From: Candidatus Heimdallarchaeota archaeon
GTDB taxonomy: Archaea; Asgardarchaeota; Heimdallarchaeia; Heimdallarchaeales; Heimdallarchaeaceae
NCBI GenBank assembly: GCA_016840095.1
Contig: JAEOSZ010000024.1
Coordinates: forward strand, 32,001 to 96,000
Direction: 5' to 3'
Length of the DNA stretch: 64,000 nucleotides
In this document: piece after piece, positions 19,728 through 29,542 of the stretch
Numbering within the stretch: position 1 is the stretch's first letter
Layout: each line of letters opens with the position of its first letter
Position numbers and translations under genes: made by a program
Notes under the pieces: model-generated
Seen by the model: the letters and a program-made list of their open reading frames with translations, nothing else
Database searches by the model: none
Told to the model about the DNA's origin: nothing

Positions 19728-20579
19728 TTAGGGTTTCTCTATATCATAGAATATTTCTTTGTTTTTCTTCAGATATCCATGTCTCCATAATCTTTCTAAT
19801 ATATCTACTAAATCGTGGTAGAATTTTTCAAGATTTCCAGGTATCGAAAGTTGTATTGGGATCCCATGAGCTTTTGCATAATAGTTAAAATACTGAAAAT
19901 CAAAAAATGGAAGTTCTGTTCTAGAAAATTCCCAGTCTAGAAGTTTGACATCACCATCATTAATAATGAAATTTGGAGGTATCAAATCTCCATGAACATG
20001 AGTAATGTATTTAGAATGATCATCTAGTATTTCAGATTGTCTTATTGTTAATTTCCTTAGTTTGTCTATCAGTTTCTTCGGATATTCATCTGTTGAAGAG
20101 GAAACCAACTCAAGTATTGATGAATAGTATTTGAGTACATCATCTTTCAAAGACTTTGACTCTTTTCTTGTTTTCTTGTGAACTTTCTTAATTAGCTCAG
20201 TTATGAGAGCTGGATTCAGATTATTATAATCTACTAAGTGGAGCTCTACTCCTACTAAGTATTCATAAACAATGATACCTGATTTACTTGACCAGATCAG
20301 TTGAGGTGCTATATCTCCTCCGAATAGTTCGAGTGAATGTTTTTCTCTTTCAAATCTTAATTCAGATTTATAGATTTCATTTTTTGAGAATATTTTGCAA
20401 ACAGCTAATGGATTATTCTTCTTTCCAGAAATTAGATACTTTTGATTAGTATAGCCTTTCTCAATAGGTTGCCAACTAAACTCTTGATAATCTTTAAAAG
20501 ATTCAATTATAGCTATTTCTATTTTAGTTTTTAACTCCTCAGAAATCAGATTAGAACGACCTCCGATGAAGAAACACAA
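19728..20579 (-). CDS. Choline/aminoglycoside phosphotransferase family kinase; candidate thiamine kinase
   Basis: GYTN, HGDLIPPN (Brenner motif), DWE; overlaps the thiQ stop, so the true start is probably near 20549. Confidence 0.75.
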   Translation of the reverse strand: MCFFIGGRSNLISEELKTKIEIAIIESFKDYQEFSWQPIEKGYTNQKYLISGKKNNPLAVCKIFSKNEIYKSELRFEREKHSLELFGGDIAPQLIWSSKSGIIVYEYLVGVELHLVDYNNLNPALITELIKKVHKKTRKESKSLKDDVLKYYSSILELVSSSTDEYPKKLIDKLRKLTIRQSEILDDHSKYITHVHGDLIPPNFIINDGDVKLLDWEFSRTELPFFDFQYFNYYAKAHGIPIQLSIPGNLEKFYHDLVDILERLWRHGYLKKNKEIFYDIEKP

Positions 20580-21622
20580 ATCTTCAATATTTTATTGGAA
20601 GCAGTGTCAATATTAAATGTTGCTTTCTTACAATCAGCCTTAATATATTCGTGATTAGTGTCTTCCAAATCTATAACAAGACGATAATATTCTTCATCTT
20701 TCTCGATGATTGATTTTACTCTCCCATGAAGTTCTAGATTATCTTCAAGTGCACAGTCATTTTGTGTTATTTTGATTGAGGTAGGTGGAACTCTAATACC
20801 TGTTATTTTTCTATCAATTTTAAAAGGTAAATTAAAGGTACCTATAGAGGTTGATAGTTTAGTTCCTTCATCTTTAGAATTAATGTAATCTACCGACCAG
20901 ATATTTGGAGTGCCCATGATTTTTGCTATTAGGTAATTTTTAGGAATTTTGTCAACTTCTATTACACTACCAATTTGTTGGATTTTGCCATCGTACATTA
21001 CAGCTACTCTGTCACTGATTAGTCTGCTTTCCTCTTGGTTGTGTGTAACATAAAGAGTAGTAATTTCTGTTTCCTTTTGAATTCGTCTTATTGTTAAAGC
21101 TAAAGATTCCCTACTAGAAGCATCGATGCTTGAAAGAGGTTCATCGAGCAGTAGTAGATTGGGTTTTATAGCTAGTGCTCGAGCTAGCGCTACTCGCTGT
21201 TTTTGCCCCCCACTGATTTCACTTGGTAATCGTTCTAATAATTCCTGAATTTGAGTAATTTCAGAAATCCACTTTATTCTCTCTTCAACTTCTTCTTTAG
21301 GTAATTTATGAGCTTCTAATCCAAAAGCAATATTCCGTTTTATGTTCATGTGTGGAAATAGCACTTGAGCTTGAGGAACATACCCAACTTTCCTTCTTTG
21401 AGGTTTAAAGTCAGTTATATCTTCCTGATCAAATAGAATTTCTCCCTCTTCAGGTTGTATGATTCCAGCTATTATCTTCAGAAGACTTGTCTTTCCACAT
21501 CCACTCTCTCCAAGAAGAACTAATAATTCACCATCAAGGATTTCCAAATCAAAATTGTCTATTATCAGTTTTTTTTCATATTTCATTGATAAACTCTTTA
21601 TGTTAACATTAACCATTTTCAC
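20546..21622 (-). CDS. thiQ: ABC transporter ATP-binding subunit (thiamine, ThiQ-like)
   Basis: GESGCGKT, ISGGQKQR, LLDEP, VTH; in operon with thiB/thiP. Confidence 0.8.
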   Translation of the reverse strand: MKMVNVNIKSLSMKYEKKLIIDNFDLEILDGELLVLLGESGCGKTSLLKIIAGIIQPEEGEILFDQEDITDFKPQRRKVGYVPQAQVLFPHMNIKRNIAFGLEAHKLPKEEVEERIKWISEITQIQELLERLPSEISGGQKQRVALARALAIKPNLLLLDEPLSSIDASSRESLALTIRRIQKETEITTLYVTHNQEESRLISDRVAVMYDGKIQQIGSVIEVDKIPKNYLIAKIMGTPNIWSVDYINSKDEGTKLSTSIGTFNLPFKIDRKITGIRVPPTSIKITQNDCALEDNLELHGRVKSIIEKDEEYYRLVIDLEDTNHEYIKADCKKATFNIDTASNKILKICVSSSEVVLI

Positions 21623-23364
21623 ACCTTCAACTCAATATCTCCTAATTTGTTAATCAGATAGAAACATAATGCTGTGATTATCACCAATATACTTGCCATT
21701 GCTGTTGAAATCTGTAATGTTTGGGACTTCAGAAGCTTGTATATACCAATTGATAATGTCTCAAAATTTGCTCTTGCCAACAGATATGTTGCACCAAATT
21801 CTCCTAAACTTATTGCAAAGGAAAAAATTCCACCAACTATTATTCCTCTTTTAATCAAAGGAAACTCTATCTTCCTAAAAATTGTGAATCTTGACGCCCC
21901 CAATGAAGATGCAACATTTAGTAGTTCTACGTCAATTCTGCTATATGCTACTAATATTGATCTCGTTACAAAAGGTATACTGATTAAAACATGAGACATA
22001 ATTATGAAAATCCACACAGCATTATAGTATGAACTTAAGTTCCCAAAATTCAGATACAATCCTAGACCTAGTGTTATTGATGAGGTTGCCATCGGGAGAA
22101 TTACTAGATAGGATACTAAACTCTCAGAAATTGATTTTTCGTATTTCTTTATTCTCTGATATCTATTTCTTAAGATAAAGACTATTAGAACTGAAAGCAA
22201 CAGGCTAATAGCTGATGCAATTAATGCAAAGAGAAATGTATTTCCGAACAGTCTTAATGTAGTTGTACTTAGAGGTGTAATTTTCTGTTGAGTGAATATT
22301 TGAGAATATCCCCACAAAGGAGATACAATAGTATTGTCTGGAATAAATGATTTAACTATTATTGCAATTATTGGAGCAAAAGAGAATATTAGAACAATTA
22401 TGATGAATAAAAGATAAGAAATCAATGCCATTCGGGATTTCCAATTTCTAGCTTTCAGAGATAATTTCTCAGTTTTTAGTCCTTTTTCCTTTCCTTCTGC
22501 CATTTTTCTAGATTTTCGTTCAACAGCTAGATAGAGAATAATAATCAAACTATTAATGATAAGCTGTACAATTGCTAGCGATGCTCCTGCTGAGAAATTT
22601 AGTGTGTCAAAAGATTCATAAATCAAAACTTCAAGAGTATAAAAATTAAAATTACCAAGTTTCATAACAATTGCAAAACTATTGAAAGTATAGATAAAAA
22701 CTAGCAATGAGGAAGAAATTATTGCATTTTTTATTTGAGGAAGAGTAACTTTCCTGAATATTCTATTTCTCTTTGCACCTAAAGTTGAAGAAACCTCTAT
22801 TTGTTCATAATCTATGCTCTGCCAAGCAGGTATTGTTAGACGAATTATAACTGATAGATTATAGAATACATGTGCAAGGACTATTCCTTGAACCGTTCCA
22901 TCTATAGTAATCAAAGCACTACTTGAATTAGAAATATTTTGCCAAAGAAGATTTACCCAGCCTCCTTGACCATAAGTAACAGTAAATCCAATCAAAACTA
23001 TAACTGGTGGTAGAACAAAAGGGATAGTTAGTAGATTAATTATCAGTTTTTTTCCTCTAAACTCATATTTTGCAAAGAAATAACCAACAGGCAATCCAAA
23101 TAGGAGACATAAAATGGTTGAGAGAAAAGCTTGTAGGAAGGTAAAACCCATGAATTTAAGGTTAAACGGATCACTAATAGTTTCCCAAAAAACCTGAAAA
23201 CTGTTTCCTGTTTCAGAGCTAAAAGCTGTCTGAAATATCCTAACTATTGGAACATAGAAAAAAGCTAAGAGGAATGATATTAGTGCTATAACTGACAGAC
23301 CTATTATGAATTTATTAGATAAACCACCCATATCAGTTTTCTTTTTCTGAATAGATCTATGCAT
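21619..23364 (-). CDS. thiP: ABC permease, ThiP/FbpB type (two EAA loops)
   Basis: AHVFYN, two LGA..F loops, SLGEFGAT. Confidence 0.85.
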   Translation of the reverse strand: MHRSIQKKKTDMGGLSNKFIIGLSVIALISFLLAFFYVPIVRIFQTAFSSETGNSFQVFWETISDPFNLKFMGFTFLQAFLSTILCLLFGLPVGYFFAKYEFRGKKLIINLLTIPFVLPPVIVLIGFTVTYGQGGWVNLLWQNISNSSSALITIDGTVQGIVLAHVFYNLSVIIRLTIPAWQSIDYEQIEVSSTLGAKRNRIFRKVTLPQIKNAIISSSLLVFIYTFNSFAIVMKLGNFNFYTLEVLIYESFDTLNFSAGASLAIVQLIINSLIIILYLAVERKSRKMAEGKEKGLKTEKLSLKARNWKSRMALISYLLFIIIVLIFSFAPIIAIIVKSFIPDNTIVSPLWGYSQIFTQQKITPLSTTTLRLFGNTFLFALIASAISLLLSVLIVFILRNRYQRIKKYEKSISESLVSYLVILPMATSSITLGLGLYLNFGNLSSYYNAVWIFIIMSHVLISIPFVTRSILVAYSRIDVELLNVASSLGASRFTIFRKIEFPLIKRGIIVGGIFSFAISLGEFGATYLLARANFETLSIGIYKLLKSQTLQISTAMASILVIITALCFYLINKLGDIELKV

Positions 23365-23379
23365 AGTTATTTTACCTAC

Positions 23380-24597
23380 TTAGTTTCTGCGATTCTTCAA
23401 GATAATATAAGCTATAGTTAAGGTCAAAAAGGAAAATATAATTCCTGTGAAATTGCTGAATGGAGCTACTTCTGTTTTCCAATCACTTTTCCACTTCTCA
23501 AGATTGTCATTCAACACCTCAGGTGATATTAGATCATTCAAGATATCTACATCATTGGGATTGATTGAATTGTCTATAAAGCAACTGGAGATAGTAGCGT
23601 TATTATGAACTGGATACATCCAATTATTGAGAGCAATATTATCCTGCAACTCTTTGCTTAGAAACCAATCAATAAATTGCTTGCCATTGTCAGGATGATT
23701 TGCATTTTTCACCAAACCAATACCTTCTATTTGTAACCATGCATTATCAAAATCTAATTCATGAGATAATAAAGCAGCTGAAGGAGGAGGATTACCTTCT
23801 CCTACACCATATAGAGGATGGCAAACATCATAAGCAGGACTAGTACCATAAGAAACCATCATTGGTCTATTTTCTTCCTCAGTATAGTAGATACTGAATG
23901 CATCTCCCCAACTTGAAGCTATGCGTAAGTCTTTCTTTGCTTCTTTCCACCAATTTCTCCAATCCTGACCTAACAACCCTTCAAACTCAATTTGAGGGTC
24001 ACCATATACTGCTATAGTCCATAGCAAGAAACCTAATCCTGGAGAACTGAAATTTGGGTTTTCAACTACTAGTTTTTTATCTAAATCATAATCTAGAATA
24101 TCTTGCAATTCTAGTCCATCTAATTCAGGATTTGTAGATGTATTAAGTCTGCTAAGTGAGTGCCATAAAGCAATTACTCCCATATCATATGGAATAACAT
24201 ACTTTTCAGGATCCAAATTGTCTACTATGCTTTGAGATATATTAACCAAAGCTGGTGAATTATATGTCTGTAAAATTTCTTGTTCCTTTGCTGTGTGAAT
24301 TAGAACGTTATCTATTCCAATTAACACATCTGCGACTGGATTATTTTTTTCTAACGCAGCTTGAGTAACTACAGAGTTAGCATCATCTAGAAGAATAACT
24401 TGTATCTCTTCTTCAGGTATTCCACTATAGTTCGAAAATCCTGAGATATAGTCATAACCTGGATCTGCAAGAAGAGATTCATATGTGTAAATTACCAAAG
24501 AATAATCTTCTACTGCATAGTTGTAACCTTCAGATTTCATCCCAATAGGTAATAGAATCATTAAAACAATTAAACTTAGCAAAATGCTTTTTTTCAT
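23380..24597 (-). CDS. thiB: Thiamine ABC substrate-binding protein with signal peptide and C-terminal TM anchor
   Basis: YTYES, ADVLIGIDN, SSPGLGFLLWT, SYGTSPAY, QIEG, NWMYP motifs typical of ThiB/TbpA. Confidence 0.88.
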   Translation of the reverse strand: MKKSILLSLIVLMILLPIGMKSEGYNYAVEDYSLVIYTYESLLADPGYDYISGFSNYSGIPEEEIQVILLDDANSVVTQAALEKNNPVADVLIGIDNVLIHTAKEQEILQTYNSPALVNISQSIVDNLDPEKYVIPYDMGVIALWHSLSRLNTSTNPELDGLELQDILDYDLDKKLVVENPNFSSPGLGFLLWTIAVYGDPQIEFEGLLGQDWRNWWKEAKKDLRIASSWGDAFSIYYTEEENRPMMVSYGTSPAYDVCHPLYGVGEGNPPPSAALLSHELDFDNAWLQIEGIGLVKNANHPDNGKQFIDWFLSKELQDNIALNNWMYPVHNNATISSCFIDNSINPNDVDILNDLISPEVLNDNLEKWKSDWKTEVAPFSNFTGIIFSFLTLTIAYIILKNRRN

Positions 24598-24636
24598 AGT
24601 ATCATGCTAACTCAATGTATTTAGGTTTTAAATATT

Positions 24637-24658
24637 AGGTTCACTATATAGGTGACCT
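24637..24658. promoter_or_regulatory. Candidate ThiR operator upstream of thiB (imperfect palindrome AGGTTCACTATATAGGTGACCT)
   Basis: Inverted repeat next to TTTTAAAT TATA-like sequence; 11-bp core ATATAGGTGAC recurs upstream of thiR. Confidence 0.6.
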
Positions 24659-24664
24659 ATAGAA

Positions 24665-25573
24665 TTACAAGAGAATAGCAATAATATCTAGGATGTTCTT
24701 TTTTTCTTTTGCAAATATATACGAAATTGATTCAAATCCAGGACTTGCCTTATCAATAAGAACTCTTATATCTATTATTCGATTTCCTTTTTCAATATCT
24801 GATAGAATCTGGTTTTTTTCCAGATCTAAATGCTCTGTTTCAATATATTTAATTTTGTTAGTTTGAAGAATTTTTTTCAGTTCTTCCTTAGTTTTCAAGC
24901 TTAAAATCCATTGAATATCTGGATTATTTTTTTTCATCCACAATAAGAGAAGTGAAGAAGTTTTGGAGCAACCAAATTCAGGAGAACTAACATTAGTAAT
25001 TTGATCTTTTACTTTAATTATTCTACCAGGAAAGCTAGCTACATCATCTAAATCTTTTGCATCAGTTCCACAATGAGCTAGTTGAGCACCAATTTCAGGG
25101 ATCCATTGGTAGATATTCTCATTCCTTTTCATTTCTTCAAGAGCATCATTTAGATTCTGAATAATTTCAGATCTTGTTGTTAATGAAGGAATGGTGTCAA
25201 ATCCTGAACAAATACTGCAATTTTTGATATCTTTTATCTCTGGAAGCATTTGCTTATGAACTGAACAAATCGGACCACTCACCCTTAATGATTTACATTT
25301 AGTGCAAATTGTTCTCATAACAAATTCAAGTGATTCCTTTGAGTTGAGCATATCCGAAATAATTGTCGAAAGAGACTCTAAATGAGGATTAACTCGTTTA
25401 TCTCCAATTTCATTCAATTTTTTCTGCAAATAAGAAACAATTACAGGTTGTTTCACACCCAAAATTTCAGCTATATTGTTTTGAGACATTCCTCTATCTC
25501 TTAATTCATGAGCAACTCTAATTCTCAAATTAGGCAAAAATGATGAAGCAATAAATTCACAAGGAAAGCGCAT
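24665..25573 (-). CDS. thiR: ThiR-like transcriptional regulator (HTH + ThiN thiamine-phosphate-synthase-like domain)
   Basis: FPCE..LP.LR..A..L..GMSQ..IA..LGVKQ HTH; ICSVH..C..C; IPEIGAQ, DVASFPGRI, PEFG ThiN motifs; adjacent to thiBPQ. Confidence 0.82.
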   Translation of the reverse strand: MRFPCEFIASSFLPNLRIRVAHELRDRGMSQNNIAEILGVKQPVIVSYLQKKLNEIGDKRVNPHLESLSTIISDMLNSKESLEFVMRTICTKCKSLRVSGPICSVHKQMLPEIKDIKNCSICSGFDTIPSLTTRSEIIQNLNDALEEMKRNENIYQWIPEIGAQLAHCGTDAKDLDDVASFPGRIIKVKDQITNVSSPEFGCSKTSSLLLLWMKKNNPDIQWILSLKTKEELKKILQTNKIKYIETEHLDLEKNQILSDIEKGNRIIDIRVLIDKASPGFESISYIFAKEKKNILDIIAILL

Positions 25574-25576
25574 TTC

Positions 25577-25593
25577 GTCACCTATATGGCCAC
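25577..25593. promoter_or_regulatory. Candidate ThiR autoregulatory site GTCACCTATATGGCCAC overlapping the thiR SD
   Basis: Shares GTCACCTATAT with the thiB site; includes GGTGA SD on the minus strand. Confidence 0.45.
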
Positions 25594-25691
25594 TATAGAG
25601 CCCCCCTATTTAAAGATTTCAAGACAAAAGAATTATTGCTCATCGACAAAACAGATATAAGCATCTAGTATTTCTTATGTTTGTAATAAAA

Positions 25692-25823
25692 ATGGTAAAC
25701 GTCTTAAATTCAATTCTGGGTACAGTTGTTTTTCTTGCAATAAGTATAGTAATATCTTTCGCAGTATATATTATGTTCAAATATGCAGCTAAGGAAGAAA
25801 CGATTGGTACTGAAGGAAAGTAA
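25692..25823 (+). CDS. Small single-TM protein (43 aa), absent from the ORF track
   Basis: MVNVLNSILGTVVFLAISIVISFAVYIMFKYAAKEETIGTEGK; in-frame alternative ATG at 25677; fills a 385-bp gap. Confidence 0.6.
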   Translation: MVNVLNSILGTVVFLAISIVISFAVYIMFKYAAKEETIGTEGK

Positions 25824-25958
25824 CAAGAATATAAACCATTAATTCAATTGAAATCAAACAAAGATACGGTCTAAATAACCTTAATAAAGGCATCAGCAAT
25901 AAAATAATACGCAACTCTAATAATTAGAATTGGGTATTTGAGCAGAAGGTAAGAAAAA

Positions 25959-26861
25959 ATGGCAATCGATGAGAATTATGATACAACTGGGACTCCTTAT
26001 CTTGAACAAATTTTCAAGATAGCTCAAGATAGAAGATATTCTACTGCCATTGATGTCTGGGCCATTATCCTTGATGCTGAATTTTCAAATAGACGATATG
26101 AGAGTCTAGATGGAAAATCAATAATGGGGATTACTGCATCAGACATTGCATCTAGCCTAAATATGCATCTAAGCTCAGTTTATCACAATCTGAAAATACT
26201 TCAATCTGAAGAATTAGAACTTTTAGAAACTGATGATTTACTAATCTACAACGAAAAAGGAAGAAGAGTCAAACAGAAGGTTTATCGAATCCCTAGAATC
26301 TATTATGATGAATTTAGACAGATTCTTGGAGAGCTGCATCATGAAGGATTTAGAGCTCCACATAGAAAATTCACCTTTTTCAATCTTTTAAAAATCAAAG
26401 GAATTTTATCTCATTATGCTGCACTACTTCACAAGGATAGAGTACTTGTCGATAATGAAACTGAAGAAGTTGACAATTGGTATCTAGATTGGATGAATCC
26501 AATTAATTTACGAAATAATGTTGTTACACCTGGTGTTCTCTATAAATTCGCAAAAGAAGATATGAATAAAATTTTAAATAGTATAATTGATATTCTTGAA
26601 GATTATAAAGAAAGTTATAGTGAAGAACATGAAGCAAAAGGGATATTACCAATTTCTTTTACTTACTTGGTTTTAGTTCCTTACACTCAAAAAATGAGAG
26701 AAGGAGAATGGATGAATAGAGAAGAATACGAGGAAAGAATTGCTGAATCTTTAGCTAAAACTGCAAAAGACGACTTGCTTGAATGTAGAAAAGATCATGA
26801 TACCTTTTTCAGATATGGACTCGCATGTCCGGTTTGTGGAGAGAAACCGAAAAAGACCTAA
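25959..26861 (+). CDS. Winged-HTH (ArsR-like) regulator with C-terminal zinc-finger-like motif
   Basis: TASDIASSLNMHLSSVYHNLKIL HTH, KVYR wing, C-terminal CxxxH..CPVC. Confidence 0.7.
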   Translation: MAIDENYDTTGTPYLEQIFKIAQDRRYSTAIDVWAIILDAEFSNRRYESLDGKSIMGITASDIASSLNMHLSSVYHNLKILQSEELELLETDDLLIYNEKGRRVKQKVYRIPRIYYDEFRQILGELHHEGFRAPHRKFTFFNLLKIKGILSHYAALLHKDRVLVDNETEEVDNWYLDWMNPINLRNNVVTPGVLYKFAKEDMNKILNSIIDILEDYKESYSEEHEAKGILPISFTYLVLVPYTQKMREGEWMNREEYEERIAESLAKTAKDDLLECRKDHDTFFRYGLACPVCGEKPKKT

Positions 26862-26868
26862 GAGTGTA

Positions 26869-27648
26869 TTATCCTAATATTTGACCAGAATCTATTCTAA
26901 TAACTTGACCATGGATATGACTTGTGGTCAATAGCAATTTTATCAGAGGATAAATATCTTCAGGATCCAAAGATTGCTTCATTGGATTTTTACTTTTGAT
27001 TTTATTCACAATATTTTCATAAGTATCTTCAGATTCTGTTGCTTTATATTTAAGCTCATCAACATGCCGATCAGTCATAACATACCCAGGAGCAATAGTG
27101 TTTGTAATGATATTATATTCAGCTCCTTCCAGAGCAAAAGATAAAGTTAGATTATGAATTGCAGCTTTAGCAACGCCATAAGGCATTTTTTTCATAGAAG
27201 GTCTTAATCCAGTAGTTGAACCAAAGAAGACTATATTTCCTCCGTTGTGCTCTTTCATCCAGATATATCCTTCTCTACCTATAAGGAAAGTTGAATCAAG
27301 ATTAACTGCTAAAACTTGTCTAAAGTCAGTATAGCTGATATCTTCTATAGTTTTGCTAAATAAACTTCCTCCTACAAAAATTAATAGTCCGTCTATCTTT
27401 GGTGTGAGTAGTTTGACTTCATTGAACGCTTCTATGACACTACTTTCGGAAGTATAATCGCATTCTACAAAATCAATTGAATATCCGTTTTGATTTAGTA
27501 CATCAACAAATTCCTTACTATTTTTTCCACCTATACCAATAACCCTGAAGTAATCTTTTATTAGTCTCTCTGTAACGATTTTTCCAATTCCACTTCCAGG
27601 AGCAGCAATTAAAACAGTTTTTTGATATTCTTGTGCCATTTTATCCAA
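26869..27648 (-). CDS. Short-chain dehydrogenase/reductase
   Basis: APGSGIG, YGVAK (YxxxK), NTIAPG, GQVIRIDSG. Confidence 0.9.
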   Translation of the reverse strand: MDKMAQEYQKTVLIAAPGSGIGKIVTERLIKDYFRVIGIGGKNSKEFVDVLNQNGYSIDFVECDYTSESSVIEAFNEVKLLTPKIDGLLIFVGGSLFSKTIEDISYTDFRQVLAVNLDSTFLIGREGYIWMKEHNGGNIVFFGSTTGLRPSMKKMPYGVAKAAIHNLTLSFALEGAEYNIITNTIAPGYVMTDRHVDELKYKATESEDTYENIVNKIKSKNPMKQSLDPEDIYPLIKLLLTTSHIHGQVIRIDSGQILG

Positions 27649-27753
27649 CTATACTAGATTTTCAAGATGTTAAGTTTTTTTATGATTCAAATTTGAGGGC
27701 AATATTTAAGGAGAAGGAAAAATTATGTAAACTCAAATCTTGAGTGATTAATA

Positions 27754-28404
27754 ATGGAAACAGAAATATTTTCAGTAAATATTGACCAACTTAACTTGAA
27801 TAAGATTCGAGAGGTAGCTAATGCGATTTCAGATGGACATATTGTTGCATTTCCAACTGACACCTTATATGGTATGGGGTGTGATGTTTTCAATGAAGAA
27901 GCTGTAAGAACTTTGTATGAAATCAAAGGGAGACCAACAAATAAGCCAATTAATGTGTTGATCTCGAGTGTAGACCAAGTATATGATGTCGCAAAGAATA
28001 TTAAACCCTTGTTCTTCAATTTAGCTGAGAAATTTTGGCCAGGAGCTTTAACTCTAGTAGTTGAAAAAAACACACAAGTTAGTAACGTTGTAACTTCAGG
28101 ACTAGCTTCTGTTGGTGTTCGTTTTCCAGATAATAAAATAGTACAAGAGCTAATCAATATAACTCACACACCTTTAGCTACTACTAGTGCTAACATTGCT
28201 GAAGAACCAAGCGCAACTAAAGCTAAAGAGGTACTCGAATATTTCAATGGAAAGATACCATATATTATTGATGGAGGTACTGTTGAAATAGGACAAGCTT
28301 CTACAATTGTAGATATTTCTTCTAAACCTCCCAAAGTAGTAAGACACGGTGCTATACCTTATGCTGAATTAAAACCTCATATCCGAGGATTAAGAAAGGA
28401 ATAG
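27754..28404 (+). CDS. tsaC: L-threonylcarbamoyladenylate synthase (YrdC/TsaC domain only)
   Basis: FPTDTLYG, KGRP, FWPGALT, TSAN, ASTIVD; no C-terminal SUA5 domain. Confidence 0.9.
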   Translation: METEIFSVNIDQLNLNKIREVANAISDGHIVAFPTDTLYGMGCDVFNEEAVRTLYEIKGRPTNKPINVLISSVDQVYDVAKNIKPLFFNLAEKFWPGALTLVVEKNTQVSNVVTSGLASVGVRFPDNKIVQELINITHTPLATTSANIAEEPSATKAKEVLEYFNGKIPYIIDGGTVEIGQASTIVDISSKPPKVVRHGAIPYAELKPHIRGLRKE

Positions 28405-28465
28405 GTAAAAAAGTACCAAATATAATCTTTTTAAAGAGGGAGAAAAATATACTAGGTTGATTTAA

Positions 28466-29104
28466 ATGACAACAGAAGTTGTATTCTGGGATGTAGATAC
28501 TCAAGTAGATTTCATGAATTCAGAAGGAAAACTGTATGTACCTGGTGCTGAAAATCTGAAAGGAAATCTAGAGAAACTCACTCAATTTGCTAGAATGAAC
28601 AACATTCGTATTCTTGGTTCAGTAGATTTTCATTCTGACACCGATCCTGAAATCGAGAAAGAGAATCCAGATTTTGAAGAGACTTTCCCCCCTCATTGCA
28701 TGCAAAATGATCCAGGTCAAGAGAAGATAATTGAAACAAGATCTGATTTAACTCAATGGATTGATCCTGTTACATATCCAGATGAAAAACTAGAAAGAAT
28801 CATCGCATCTAAAGGACCAATTATCATAAGAAAAACAGCACTAAGCGCTTTTTCAAATCCAAATTTAATGCCGTTAATTGGATTAATCAAACCTCAAAAA
28901 ATAGTTATTTATGGAGTAGCAATTGACTTCTGTGTTAAAACAGCAATTGAGGGATTTCTCAACTTTGGAAATTTAGAGATTTATCTTGTTATAGATGCAA
29001 TTGAAGGGATAAATGAAGAAGAATCAAGAAGATTAATAGAAGAGTGGATACAAAAAGGGGTTCATACTGTTACAACGGAAGCAGTTCTTCAGGGATATAT
29101 TTGA
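28466..29104 (+). CDS. Cysteine hydrolase, nicotinamidase/isochorismatase family
   Basis: VDTQVDF, D.H, FPPHC, K, GVAIDFCV catalytic Cys. Confidence 0.85.
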   Translation: MTTEVVFWDVDTQVDFMNSEGKLYVPGAENLKGNLEKLTQFARMNNIRILGSVDFHSDTDPEIEKENPDFEETFPPHCMQNDPGQEKIIETRSDLTQWIDPVTYPDEKLERIIASKGPIIIRKTALSAFSNPNLMPLIGLIKPQKIVIYGVAIDFCVKTAIEGFLNFGNLEIYLVIDAIEGINEEESRRLIEEWIQKGVHTVTTEAVLQGYI

Positions 29105-29111
29105 AAATATT

Positions 29112-29447
29112 CTAGAATGTAAGTTGATACCATCCTTCTTTCAACATTTCAGTTACAAATGTTCCAACATACCGGACATCTATGCCGATTTTTTCAAGTT
29201 CATCGCTGACTCCAAAATTATCACTACAAGCTTTACAAGCATAAACTTCTACACCTGCAACTTGCCAAGCTTTTATCAACTCTTGAAATTTTCTATCTTC
29301 AGCAGCCATCTTTTCTGTAGGTCCCCATAATATCACGCGAACCTGATCCATCCAACCTTGTTTTTTTGAGTTGAACGCATAAGGAAAACTTAATTCTTCA
29401 TGCACTACTTTATCAGCTGAACTTAGAATCATAAACACTCTATCCAT
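29112..29447 (-). CDS. DsrE-family protein
   Basis: VILWGP, ACKACSD, G..V.YVG. Confidence 0.85.
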   Translation of the reverse strand: MDRVFMILSSADKVVHEELSFPYAFNSKKQGWMDQVRVILWGPTEKMAAEDRKFQELIKAWQVAGVEVYACKACSDNFGVSDELEKIGIDVRYVGTFVTEMLKEGWYQLTF

Positions 29448-29542
29448 AAATTTTCAAATCTTCTTCAATTTAAAACAATTGAGTTTTTACAATTTTGTAA
29501 GTTGTTAATATTTATATGTCGACATTGAGAATTTGCTTAACT

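Noticed and set aside
24598-24664. TPP riboswitch upstream of thiB
   Set aside because: Gap is only 67 bp, AT-rich, and lacks the conserved GCUGAGA core
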